Shown here: positions 37,970 through 49,062 of the stretch, piece by piece | How the letters are laid out: every line of letters starts with the position of its first letter | Position numbering within the stretch: position 1 is the first letter of the stretch | Assembly (NCBI GenBank): GCA_010909165.1 | Contig: VJWM01000106.1 | Span: 1-64,000, forward strand | Direction of reading: 5' to 3' | Source of the DNA: Anthoceros angustus | Taxonomy: Eukaryota > Plantae > Anthocerotophyta | DNA length: 64,000 nucleotides | The notes under the pieces: model-generated | Database searches by the model: none | Told to the model about the DNA's origin: nothing | What the model saw: the letters and a program-made list of their open reading frames with translations, nothing else | Program-made: the position numbers and the translations under genes

Positions 37970-38139
37970 TATCTTGGATCTGTTTGCTGTTTTTTCGATC
38001 CATGCTTCTCAGTGGGTCGCGCCCGGTGAAGTGCAGTACACGTCCAAAGTCGAGTTTCAGCGAAGGTTGTTGCCAAATGTCCCATCGCGCGCTGGACTGA
38101 ACGCATTCTCCTTTCTTCTCCGATTCGGAACTCCAGTGG

Positions 38140-38500
38140 CAGAATCTGGGTGAACTCGCTCACCACTTTGCTCATGCCAGGTCTGGCAGAATTAGCAGTA
38201 AGTGGCACGCAGCTCATGGCGATTTTCGCATACCTACACTGACTGTGCCTCGTAGTCGACTCCTCTGAGAGCCGGATCCACCATTGTGAACGACACTCCA
38301 TTGTTCAGGGGCTCTCACCTGCGTGAGTGAGCATTGACCATGTGTTTCTGCTGTATAACATTCTGTAAGTGAAATGGGTGGCTGTCCACACCAGATCCAA
38401 CAACACCACTCCGAAACTGTAGGCATCGCTGTTGTTGTTGGTGAGCGTGCCATTTGTGTGCAGGTACCCGCCAACACTACTTGGGACCACCATTAGCAGC
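38140..38500 (-). pseudogene. RLK/Pelle-type protein kinase C-terminal fragment
   Basis: GY...GTLT..SDAYSFGVVLLDL (subdomains VIII-IX) and KIAMSCV...RPGMSKVVSEF (subdomain XI) in different frames. Confidence 0.7.
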
Positions 38501-38945
38501 TGCGCGGAGAAGCAGCTGCCCAAGCACAGAGTCTCATGAACAGCAAGCACTTCAGAAGTTTCAAAATGGTTCAAACTGAGCATCGGTGCTAGCAATGCGT
38601 CCAAGGAGTTTTACAGAGATCGTCATCTCTAGGGGTAAGGGCCCCATCCTAATCAAAATTGGGGTAATCTGCACCCCTCGTAGTAGACAACTGACCCTAG
38701 GCTTCGAGTTGTAAGAAGAACTCATGCTTGCATGTCCACCTTGATGCCACTCGGGCCTGCCACGACTCGTAGGTCAGTTGAGCATCTTGTTAGGCATCCT
38801 TCCCCTTGGCCATGAGCCGTGACAAAGCATGCGAGTGGAAGCAAGCATGACATGCTGCACGCAGAGATATATGTGCCATGCCGGGGCTTACCTGTACCAA
38901 GATCTAGACAACCTCACTCCACACGGCGCCGAGAAACGGATGCCT

Positions 38946-40532
38946 CTAACACCGGCACTGCAGGTACAGGTCGGGCCTCCACTCGCCCGTGATAATGAGG
39001 TCCGCCTTGCCTACGATTCTGAACTCATTCGAATACTCGTGAACGATGAAGTTCCATGTGTTGAAGTAGATGTGGTATCTCACAAGGACAGTTCCGTGAT
39101 CCGGGCCTTGAAGATCCACGTCCACCCGTCCCACGGATCCTCCGCTTCAGGCAGCAGCGACACCCTGAAGGTAAGATAAAGCATGTCGCCAGCTACCTGT
39201 ACGTCGCGCAGACTAAAGCTCCCAGGTTCGTCAGCTTCAGGATCGTCAAGAAGGCAAGACGGTGGCAAAGCCGAGCAGAAGACCCAGATCTGCGCCACAA
39301 AATCCCTCGTCCACACGTTAACCTCTCTGGGACCAGACTGCACAACCCACACAACCCTTCCTCCATGCACGCAGATGTGCTGGCCCTGCCAGCTGTGGAC
39401 GAGCATGCGCGGGGCCAAACGGCCCGGGGCGCATCCCAGGTCCGAACATGCCTTCCGGTCGCGACGTCGAAAGCCACCAGCTTACTCTCACACCCGTCAC
39501 CACAAGGACTAGAGTATAGCACCACCACCTTGCCCTGGACCAGCACCGGGGACGCCGCCATGATGGAATCGTGTTTCATGTCCTCGGGAACCTGCAGAAA
39601 CGTGACGGCCCAGCGGCCAAACCTGCTGCAATACAGAGCACACTTGGGGCCACGATTGTCCATCCAGAACACTACCACCTGAAACTCGCACGCAGATCTG
39701 GATCGCCCTGCAACACCGGATCCATCCCCCGAGCTCGAGGCGCCCGAGGCGCCCGAGCCGCTCGAGCCGTCCGGGCCTGGGCCCGGCGCTACCTGCAGCA
39801 TCACCTTGTGGTGGCTCGGACCCGACATAGCCAACTGCAGCAGCACTGGCAGCCTGGTCCATGTCCCGTTGGCCAGGTTCAGCAGGCAGAGGCGGAGGGA
39901 CTGCTGGGCAGATTCGGAGGGGACTCCGGGATGCAGGAACTCATTCCGATTGTGCGCCAGGCACAGCAGCCCGCTCCCCGAGTACAACACGCAGCTCGGG
40001 CCCGGCGACGGGTAGAAGCCGCTCACAACGTCCTCGGGCAGGAAGCTCAAGTTCACATCGTGTACCCTAGGCACGTACCTCAGGTGGGAGGAGCAGGGAG
40101 AGGATTCAGGCCACCGGTGGCCCCACACCCCGGAGCATCAAGCCGAGCAAGAAAGTGAGCGGTCGAGGTCGAGGTCGAGGTCGAGGTCGAAGTCGAGGTC
40201 GAGGTCGAAGTCGAGGTCGAGTCCGTGATTCCAGGGCCACCCTAGGCCTCTCCTCTCCCTCTCCCTCCCGCTCCCTCTCCCTCCGCTGCGCATGCAGGAA
40301 CCTGCCGGCCCCATGGAATCGGCATGTCGGAATCCTCACCGACTCCACCCTTCCTGTATTCTCCCACAGCTTGCTCACTATCCTCCTTTGCAGATCCGCC
40401 TCGTGCGCCGGGCCGCCTGCTCGGCCGGGTCCGCCCTTCGTCGTCCTCCGGCTCCTGTTCTTCGCTCGTCAGATAGACCCGTTCTTCGCTCGTCAGATAG
40501 ACCCGCACGTACGGGAACTGACCGTAAGCCAT
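38946..40532 (-). CDS. F-box protein with F-box-associated/kelch-like C-terminal domain (frameshifted)
   Basis: DLQRRIVSKL..R..CR..FL F-box-like start, NLSFLPE, SGSGLLCL, LCLLNLANGTWTRLP, LVAFDVATG, terminal WRPDL. The start codon is uncertain. Confidence 0.7.
40160..40275. repeat. (GGTCGA)n and (CTCTCC)n microsatellites in the F-box gene
   Basis: About 9 ggtcga units, then ctctccctc repeats; would encode RP and RE/GE runs. Confidence 0.85.
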
Positions 40533-41178
40533 GCCTCTTGTCCCCGGAAGTTGCCAAGTCCGTCGCCGTGCGTACGTATATAAAGATCTATAATCTCGAT
40601 GATCATATTTACCCTAAATATGCTTCACCCTTCTCGATGACCATGTTGACCCTCATGGATTGTTCCCGGTGTGGTGGGGCCCAGCCGGGATGCCGTCCGT
40701 GGGTGAGGAGATGGGGGCATGGGCGTGACGCCATATGGGCATGGAGCCATCCCATCGCACGGGCTCGCTCTCGCTCTCGCTCATGGGAAGCTAGTCCCAT
40801 TGCTCAAGCGCTAGCCTTGCAACATCTCCCAGAAGGGTGCACAGCATCATGTCCATCATGTTCCACAGCCACATTACAGCCTCCGTCCCAGACGAATTCC
40901 AGGCACCAGTTTCGGATCACACACCCAAAGTCTGGAGCTCGCCTGCAGGAGGCTCTCTGATCATGAGATTCTTCGTTTTGCTCAGACGGGCTCGGCAGAG
41001 AACAGGACAGACGAGAGTCTGCGAAACTAGAAGTAAAGTGACAAAGCCTACACAAGGCTCAAGGCGGGGCCTCTACAATGTCCTTTAACCGTGCACGCAG
41101 CAAGGCTCTGTAAGTCGGAAGGAAGACAGAGCATGGCCCAATCCGGATTGCGGGATAACGGGATTGCGGTTTTGGGTT

Positions 41179-41225
41179 TTGGTCTTGCTGAGCAGAGGAT
41201 CCTCTAGACTGCTCAGCAAGACCAA
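41179..41225. repeat. Perfect 17-bp inverted repeat with 13-nt loop
   Basis: ttggtcttgctgagcag-aggatcctctaga-ctgctcagcaagaccaa. Confidence 0.9.
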
Positions 41226-41759
41226 TGAAAGTCACTACTCTCTGAGATGAACACCAGCTTCGAACCCCTGTTTCACCACATTTCCTGTTTCAGCACAAGG
41301 CAGGGTGGCCATGGACAATATGGTGGTGGTGGACTAGTTCTCACCAGCATGTACGTCACCACATCGGATTGGACTTCTACCTGCTAAGGGGACTGTGCCA
41401 ACCTGCATCACTTGTTCGTCATACTCGGAATTTGCTTGTTGTACGCGTGCAGGAGTGAATAAAAGGACCTGAGAATTTGATCCAGATACCACGTTCGGTC
41501 TAGTGTGACTTCACAATCGTCATCTGACACGAATCAGCTCCGGGTTCAATTCCGGTGAGTGCATACGTGGGATTGTGCAGAATAGATGTGTATTTACTGT
41601 CGGTTTAAGAAAAAGGAAGTCCAAATCTGGTAGGTAGTCATTTTGAGTGACGGCCATCCGTCCTCTCCCAAGCTCGCGCTGGGCGGTGCCGGATCTCTCT
41701 CTTACCTTCCGAAGCCTCGATGACCTTTGTTTGCCTCCAGAAGAAATCTGCCGAGGAGG

Positions 41760-42110
41760 ATGGGTGAGGCCTTGGCGATCTCCCTTGCCTAGTGTTTGTG
41801 CTGCAAGAGTTCGGCATGGTGGATCCTGCATACGTCGAGCATTGGACAGAAGAAGAGGAGATGTTCCTCGTCGTCTACCTCTTTGAGTTCGCAGCGTAAG
41901 CGGAGCTTCTCTTCCTAGCCAGGTTATTCCTCCCAAGCATATTTCCGAGGGAGTGGCCTCATGGGCATTTCCAAGGTTTCAATTGACAAGGGCTTGCACA
42001 GTCTGCTTGTGGCCATGCCTTGCAGGAATGGTCTAGAATGCTTCATTCTAAACTTCGGCTTGCAGGAGGAGGTTGAAGTGCCTTTGTTTTGCAACGTTTC
42101 CAGCATGCCT
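41760..42110 (-). pseudogene. Non-LTR retrotransposon ORF2 C-terminal zinc-finger fragment
   Basis: KFR...PLSIET...PR..RC..KEVDDEEHLLFFCP.L...R across frames resembles the C-terminal CCHC motif of LINE ORF2. Confidence 0.55.
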
Positions 42111-44127
42111 TCTTGTACCTGGTCGAGGTGGACTGGGCATCATCCATGGTCGAGGTGGACTGGGCATCATGCATAATATTGCAGTAATGAACCCCTGGCT
42201 GTGATGCCAAAGCCTTGTACCATCAAACCGATGTTTGCCTACAGTGGGAGGGCCAACTGTGCCTAAATCTCTAACCTCTGCGTAGGCACGTGCACGTGAG
42301 TACACCAAGTGGTGTTCCTTCCATTACCTAGACCAAGCAAGCATGGCCAGATGGTTGCCAACTTGTGCTCACTTGAATTGTTTTGCTGCAGTCGAACTTT
42401 GGAGTTCCTCCATTTGAGCATGTAACCCATGGCCAGATAGTGGCCAACTTCTGCTCACTTGAATATGGTTGCCAACTTGTGCTCACTTCAAATGTTTGCT
42501 GCAATAATTAATCCCTGAAAAATCGAGGCAGGAGCATGCCACTTGCACTGCATACGTTGTAAGTCTGTATGAGTGTTTCTGGCGAGTTTCTGGGGCCTTG
42601 GACTGTGCAAAATTCTGCCAGTTGCTTCAATTCAGCAACATGTTTAGTTCAGCACAATGTTCGATTGCAACAATTTGTTGGACCTCGGCAAAGCTTCGAT
42701 TTTGGAGCAGCATCTTGGATCGGAGACAGTCTCCTATGCAGAACAGTGACATTTCCTGCTAGGAGCCCTGAGTTTCGGGGAGGTTGCGGATGCTGCGATT
42801 GTGGCAAAGAAACCATGTTCGGCCCTTCGGATCAGAGGCTGATGTTGGCCCACCGATGAAGCTTGCTGAAGTGTAGCATTACAAGTTAGCCTACCAGATT
42901 TGATTCGGTGTGACTGCAAAACTAGTTGGCTTCCTAGCAGAAACCTCCAGCCTGGATGCAGGGATGGTAGCGGGACACTGAGGAAACTGAACCTTGTCTT
43001 CCACTCATTTAAACTTGCTCCTGTCCTCTTCACTTCAGGCGTGAGGGCTGCACTGGTGATATGCCAATTTGACCAAACAGTCCGAAAACCTCAAGATGCA
43101 AGACCTAAAGACCCCTACACAAGCAAGCAAGCTGAAGTCGGGCCCAAGCCCAGCAGACATGAGGTCCGCATGAAGACGACAAATCTTTGGGTGAAGACCT
43201 AGTAAAGAGTGTGCTGTGCTGTCAAGTACATTTCCACACTGGCAGTCTGGCAATCCGGTGGTAGAGTGGAAACTTGTCAAGGCATAAACTCGGGAATCTT
43301 GGAAACCTACCTGCCCTCATCAAGCTAGGTACTCCAGGGAGAACCAAACCTGGAACGGAATCCCAGCACACGGTCGGTTTTCACTTGGATAAGGCCACCT
43401 CTCCACGCAGCGTTCATCCAGGGTTCGGTGGCACTTCGAAGGCAAGGCTGGCGTGGGCGACCCGATGACAGGGACACGAAATCAACTGCAAACCAAGTCG
43501 GAAATTGTATCGTTATCAGGTGAGAGTGCGCAAAATCCTTGGAAAGTACTCGCCAAACAACGGGGAGTCACATGACATTCCTGGTTGTTTCGAGTTTGCT
43601 TTCCACAATATGTGCCCTCAACAAAGCTTCCTGGCTTTCTGCTCATACTTCGATCGCGGTGTTTTGGAAATTTCGACCTTACGAGGACGTTGAGAGCATT
43701 CCGAAAGCAGCAAGCACAAAAGAGTACCTATATTTAATTCAAGCAAACACAGGATGTTTACATACGCATGGGTTCATGTCAAGAACCTACGTCCAGAACT
43801 CATGACAAGTGATGTCCAGCAAGCAGTCCTGGCTTTGTCCCACACTTATTGCGATCTAAGGCGCATGCGGTCGATGTACATATGTATGGACCAGGTAGCT
43901 ATGGGCACCTGCCCTCAGCTAACATTCAGAGGATTTAGCTACAGCGCTCTGCAGAAGGATATACTCCCCTCAGCATCGCAGTACGTACAAGACACAAACG
44001 GAACACGACCATGGATCAATTCACGCCCTTGGAACCGTAGCTCAAGGTGGCCGGAACATGAGGTATGTGCAAGACCACGCTGATGAGAGCCCGTTCGACA
44101 TGCCAATGGCACGCAGCGCTCGTCAAT

Positions 44128-44538
44128 CTAGGAATGGCGGATCTGGAAGGTGAAGGATCCAGAGCCGATGCTTCCAGAGACGCGGGCGGTGCCACCCATT
44201 CGCAACGCAGTTAGCGAGGATGATATTGAGGTTGTTTCCGGCGTTGGAGCAGGAGGTGCAGCTGCCCTGCGACCCACAGATGTCGACGGACGCACTGCCT
44301 GCCACGGCCATGCTGGTGCACCCGGATGAGCTGGTCTGGCAGCACTGAGACGACCCCAGGTTGCGCACGTACTGGACGCAGGCGTTGGCATCCCCTGTGT
44401 GGGCGAGTTGCCGTTGGTGGTGCACGACTGCGCCATTGCCACAGGCGCTGTCGCTGCCGCGCACAGCGCCAACACGATGAATGCGCCCGCGATCATGGCG
44501 CTCGCCGATGCGTTAGAGGAAGCAACTGTCTTGGCCAT
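44128..44538 (-). CDS. Small secreted cysteine-rich protein, copy 2 (apparent frameshifts near 44390 and 44200)
   Basis: Nearly identical to 35080-35498; flanks are also duplicated (34600-36000 vs 43680-45000). Confidence 0.8.
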   Translation of the reverse strand: MAKTVASSNASASAMIAGAFIVLALCAAATAPVAMAQSCTTNGNSPTQGMPTPASSTCATWGRLSAARPAHPGAPAWPWQAVRPSTSVGRRAAAPPAPTPETTSISSSLTALRMGGTARVSGSIGSGSFTFQIRHS

Positions 44539-45769
44539 TCTCGAAGCTGGTGGGCGATTCCACAAGGGACTGATCTATGCGGGAGAGAAGAGACGCTCGG
44601 AGTGTGATAAGCAGCAGGCAGGAGCGATGCGGTTGAGTAGTGCGGATACGAGCTGCCGAGTCCCCTTCTTATACCTGTCCATGGCCAGCCAGCCTAGGCC
44701 TACCTCGGGAGGGATATCCGAACTTGCGTACGATCCGGATTCGGTGTCGGGCATGGACAGGCCTAGCTGGAGACGCCGTGCCGATGACGGCTTCGTTGCT
44801 GATCAAAGTGGTTTTGCCACGCGGCGGCGTCCGTACCAGTTCCACCTACCAAGCAGATATATACCCACAACGTTCAGACTCATTGACGAGGGATCGCTCG
44901 ATTGTACAGGTGGGTGGTGGGTATACCTCGATCCGAGTACTAGCGAAAGTGGCTGATGTTGAGAGGATTTGAACGTTCTGAGTCGCTCACGTTTCTAGGC
45001 AGGAAAAGTCTTGCCCAGCTGATCACTAGACACAAGCTTCCTACATTCCAGCGCGAGGACGGCTGGAGTGGTTCTCATGAACATTCAGATGTCACCACCT
45101 GAACTGCTTTTGTGCTGTACGTAGTGCTGTCAGTATGTAATATGGACAGGCCTGTGTGTGGGCGTGTGTGCCTGCGAGTACATATTCCAGGAAGTTTACA
45201 TCTCCAGTGTGGTTATGGTGTTGATACTGTCCGTTGCGTTCGCAGTCTCTTCGTGCCGTTGTGTGCGAGATCGTTTCAACTACGCTTAGTGTTTATAAGC
45301 GCATCGTATTCAAACCAGAGGTACATGGTCATTTTGGAACTGGTTGAGATCATCAGTGCCAGTACCGTCTACAGTATGATCGAGGCGGCCCCCCCGCCCT
45401 GCATGACACTTGTTCCGCATGTTTGTGATGACATCACCATGCGGCCTTGACAGGCCCTGGGAATTCACTTGGAGCGGAGAAACAAAACAATCCCTAGAAA
45501 ATGAAAACCTACCCTCCCCTCGTCAGGATACCTACTCTCCAGAAAACCATTTCTCGAACGGGATTCCAGGACGAGAAAGAGGCTCCCTTCTTCGAAATGA
45601 GGGGAGTCCAAATGGCTAAGGCCAAATGGACACACCTTTATAGCATCATGCGCCAAGCATGCATCCAGCGCTTACATGGTGTGCAAGTTGCCATGTACGA
45701 GAAAGAGGCTCCCTCCTCGAAACGAGAGGTCTGTCCAAATGGCTTAGGGACTTCGGTACTTAACATTTG

Positions 45770-46250
45770 TACCATGGTGTGCCCAAGCTACTTGCACCAA
45801 GGGCATCCACTCCCTCTAGGCACCCTTGCACCAAGGGCATCCACTCCCTCTAGGCACCCTTGCACCAAGGGCATCCACTCCCTCCAGGCATCCTCACCTG
45901 AGTACCAATCTAAGCGCTGAATGTTTAACAACGACGTTTGTGTGTCCATTTGAAGAAAAAAAAAGATTTGGCCAACCTTAGCCATTTCAACACACGTTTT
46001 CCACCATTTGGCGTAAGCCATCATGCAGGTTTCATCGAGAGAATAGAAGAAGAATTTTATGTAAGTCCACTAAGGATGGATTTCCGTCATGGGACTTGGT
46101 ACTTAACAACTTGTACCATGGTGTGCCTAGGGTACTTGCACCAAGGGCATCCACTCCCTTTAAGCACCCCATCTAAGTACCGATGGTGTGCCTAAGCTAC
46201 TTGCACCAAGGGCATTCACTCCCTTTCAGTTCCCCATCTAAGTACCGATC
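45770..46250. repeat. ~33 bp repeats (cacccttgcaccaagggcatccactccct) in two clusters
   Basis: Three tandem units at about 45790-45890 and two at about 46130-46230, each preceded by accatggtgtgcc or gatggtgtgcc. Confidence 0.8.
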
Positions 46251-46412
46251 TAAGCACAGGATGCTTAATCATGAAGTTCTTATAAAGTCACAATTTCTTA
46301 TAAATGTGTGTCACGAAGTTCTTATAAATGTGTGTCCATTTGGCAGGAAAAGGCATAATCATTTTTTTAATCATTTATGATTAATTTTGCTCCAGTCGTG
46401 CCTGCCAAAAAG

Positions 46413-46445
46413 GCATTGGTGGTCTAGTGGTAGAATAGTCCCGCT
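46413..46445 (+). pseudogene. 5' half of tRNA-Gly(GCC)
   Basis: GCATTGGTGGTCTAGTGGTAGAATAGT matches the first 27 nt of the plant-type tRNA-Gly pattern; gcattgg is complementary to the ccaatgc 3' end of the 37901 copy. It stops at about the anticodon. Confidence 0.8.
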
Positions 46446-48392
46446 AGACCCACAGGATTTCGGGCTCAACAGGTTTTCTAATGACACCCATGATGTCAAC
46501 GCCTATGGCTTTGCCTTATCATAGCTTGCTGAGGCTCACAATCTCCTCATCTTCAATGGTCTACGCTGGCCGGACAGTTGCAAAAATTCCTTCTTTTCCG
46601 ACGACGGTCATATTTCTAGCAGGTTGGATTATATTACTGCTCAACTTCTTTCGCGCATCTCTAACCTACGGACTAATGACGATGTCCGCATTGAATCTGA
46701 CCATGCGGCTGATTGCTTTCAAATTTGTGCCTTGCCTCCCTCTGCACCTCCCTCTCCCCCACTCTCTATCACCACCCGCTTCCGCCTTTCCCATGTACAA
46801 GCCTCTCAATATTCCTGCTTGCTCAAAGCCTCCCTTGCCTCCATTCTACAGGACCTTCCCTCTCTATGGCCTCCGCCTCTTCCTCGGCTATTCTTTCCTC
46901 TGCCAGGTCTACCTTTCCATTCAAATTCAACCTCCTTGCATTCCACAAACATACTGCTCCCTGCCACCCCTGGTTTGATGCCGATTGTAAACGCATGCGC
47001 TCCCAATTGCACCAGACCCTCCGCCAACTCCAACTTCCACCCTGGTCTCGCCACTCTCCTCTCTAGAAAGCTACTATAAAGCCTTACAAGACCTTTCTCT
47101 CCATGGAAATGGCTCAGCTCTTCCAAACCGAACACAACCGTCTCAGCTCCCTCTTGTAGACGTCTCATAGTGGCTCCGCCTTCTGGAAGGAATTCCACTC
47201 TAGGTCCCCCGTTCTCCTCAAAGCTAATCCCGAACTTCTTTCCTTTGTTGATGGACTTTACCATATCCCCTCTACTATCCCCGCTCCTAAGTCCTCTGAT
47301 CCTGGTCTAAGGTTTTTTTCGCCAGATCTCGTGGCCAGAGCCATAAAGAAGCTTCGGAGCGGGACTGCTATGGATCCTGCTGGCATCCCTACAGACCTCT
47401 TTCGTTATGTTGACCTTGTCTCACTCTCGTCTCACCTTGCTTCCCTTTTCAATGATGCTCTCCCCCATGGATTTCCGGATAGCTGCTGTGAGAATGATAT
47501 TCATTCAATTTTGAAGGCTGGTGACCCTTACCTCTCTTTTAACTATCACTTTATTACTGTGGAGTCTATTTATGCCAAGATTCATCGCTCTTGTCTGGAG
47601 ATTCTCACCACTTCTTGGGCTAAGGAGGCTAAGGTGCATGCTCGGGGTCAGGCTAGTTTTCGCCCTCACCGGATTACTATGGACAACATCTTTACTCTCA
47701 GGGCTATTGTTGACGAGGCGTAGTCTCTAAAGAAACATGTCTATCGTTGTTTTGTGGATTTCAAGAGAGCCTTCAACTCTGTGCCTTGGGACAAGCTCTT
47801 TGACATGTTGAAGTCTTTGAGGATGCCTCCACACCTCTGGCATGTTGCTACTCTTTTGTATTCTCGTGTCTTTGCTCGTATCCAGACTCCCCCTGGCTTA
47901 GCTGCTCACCACATTCCCATCCAGCTTGGCGTGAGAGAAGATGACCCATTATCTCCTAATCTCTTTGGTTTCTACACTGATGGACTGGAGGAGTGGCTTC
48001 TTGCAACAGGTGACTGTGGAGCCCGTTTGTTCCTTAACAGTATTCCGATCCTACTCTATGCTGATGATATTGTCCTTTTCTCCTACACCAGTGAAGGTTT
48101 GCAATGGCAACTTGATGTACTCTCTGACATTTGCATTGCCAAGGGTCTTTCTATTTATCTTCACAAGCCGAAGATCATGAGGTTCAAATCTAGGGACTAC
48201 AATGGCATGGGTAAATTCTACTATCAAGGAGAGGAGGTGGAAATGGTCCACTCTTATAATTACCTTGGAGTCACGATTTTCGACCCCAAGTTTAATTGGA
48301 CTGCTTCTGCTTCCTCTTGTGCTACTCACGGTATCGTCTCGGCATGCGCTCTTAGACGCTCCTTCACCATTAGGAAAAATAGCCTTTGACAA
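46446..48392 (+). mobile_element. 5'- and 3'-truncated LINE ORF2 (APE endonuclease end plus RT), RTE/RTEX/L2-like
   Basis: VNAYG..L..LAEAHNLLIFNG, SRLDYI, ESDH (APE C-terminus); QASFR..TMDNIFTL, FVDFKRAFNSVP, GVREDDPLSPNLF, LLYADD (RT). Clade not resolvable by eye. Confidence 0.9.
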
Positions 48393-48689
48393 TGGACTTT
48401 ACAACAGCATTACAATGACTATTGTAGGATGACTGTTGTAAACACCCCTTAGTAATTTGCGATGTAATTTCTCAAAGTGTATATACTAGATGTATATATT
48501 CCTACGTACGGTATAAAATTATTTTATACAATCGTATTATATAAGCTAACCATAATCATTATACTCAGGTTAGGTAACCACAGTATATTGCCTATGGTAT
48601 TATAACTGCGGTTCTATTCACCACAGTTAAATACTTTAGTTAATAATTTAGGGTTTATTAACCAGTATAAATTCTGTTGTAAATGGTTT

Positions 48690-48925
48690 GTATCGTTGTG
48701 AATATTTCCCTCCAAAAAAATTCAAATCGTTGTAAATATTCTCCCCAAAAAAATTCAAACCATTATAATGATTTCCATCGTTGTAAATATTTCCCCCAAA
48801 AATTCAAACCGTTGTAAACCTTTTCCGGCCAAAAAATTCAATCTGTTGTAAACGTTTTCCCGCCAAAAAATTCAAACCGTTGTAAACCTTTTCCCGCAAA
48901 AAAAATCAAACCCTTATAAAAGCTA
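48690..48925. repeat. ~30 bp tandem repeat (cgttgtaaatattcccccaaaaaattcaaac), about 7 copies
   Basis: Direct inspection; shares the cgttgtaaa motif with the CACTA subterminal regions. Confidence 0.85.
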
Positions 48926-49062
48926 TCGTTGTAAAATAACAATATAAGTTACTCAAATACTACCTACAAGACTAAACAAGGGTAGGGATACTGCGGAGTC
49001 ATACTGTGAACATTTTCAAAGATGGATACATTTGCCCATTCTGTTGCAACAACACGGCCAAA

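Noticed and set aside
41197-41208. GGATCCTCTAGA as cloning-vector polylinker contamination
   Set aside because: Only 12 bp match, with no other vector sequence around it; likely chance inside a hairpin.
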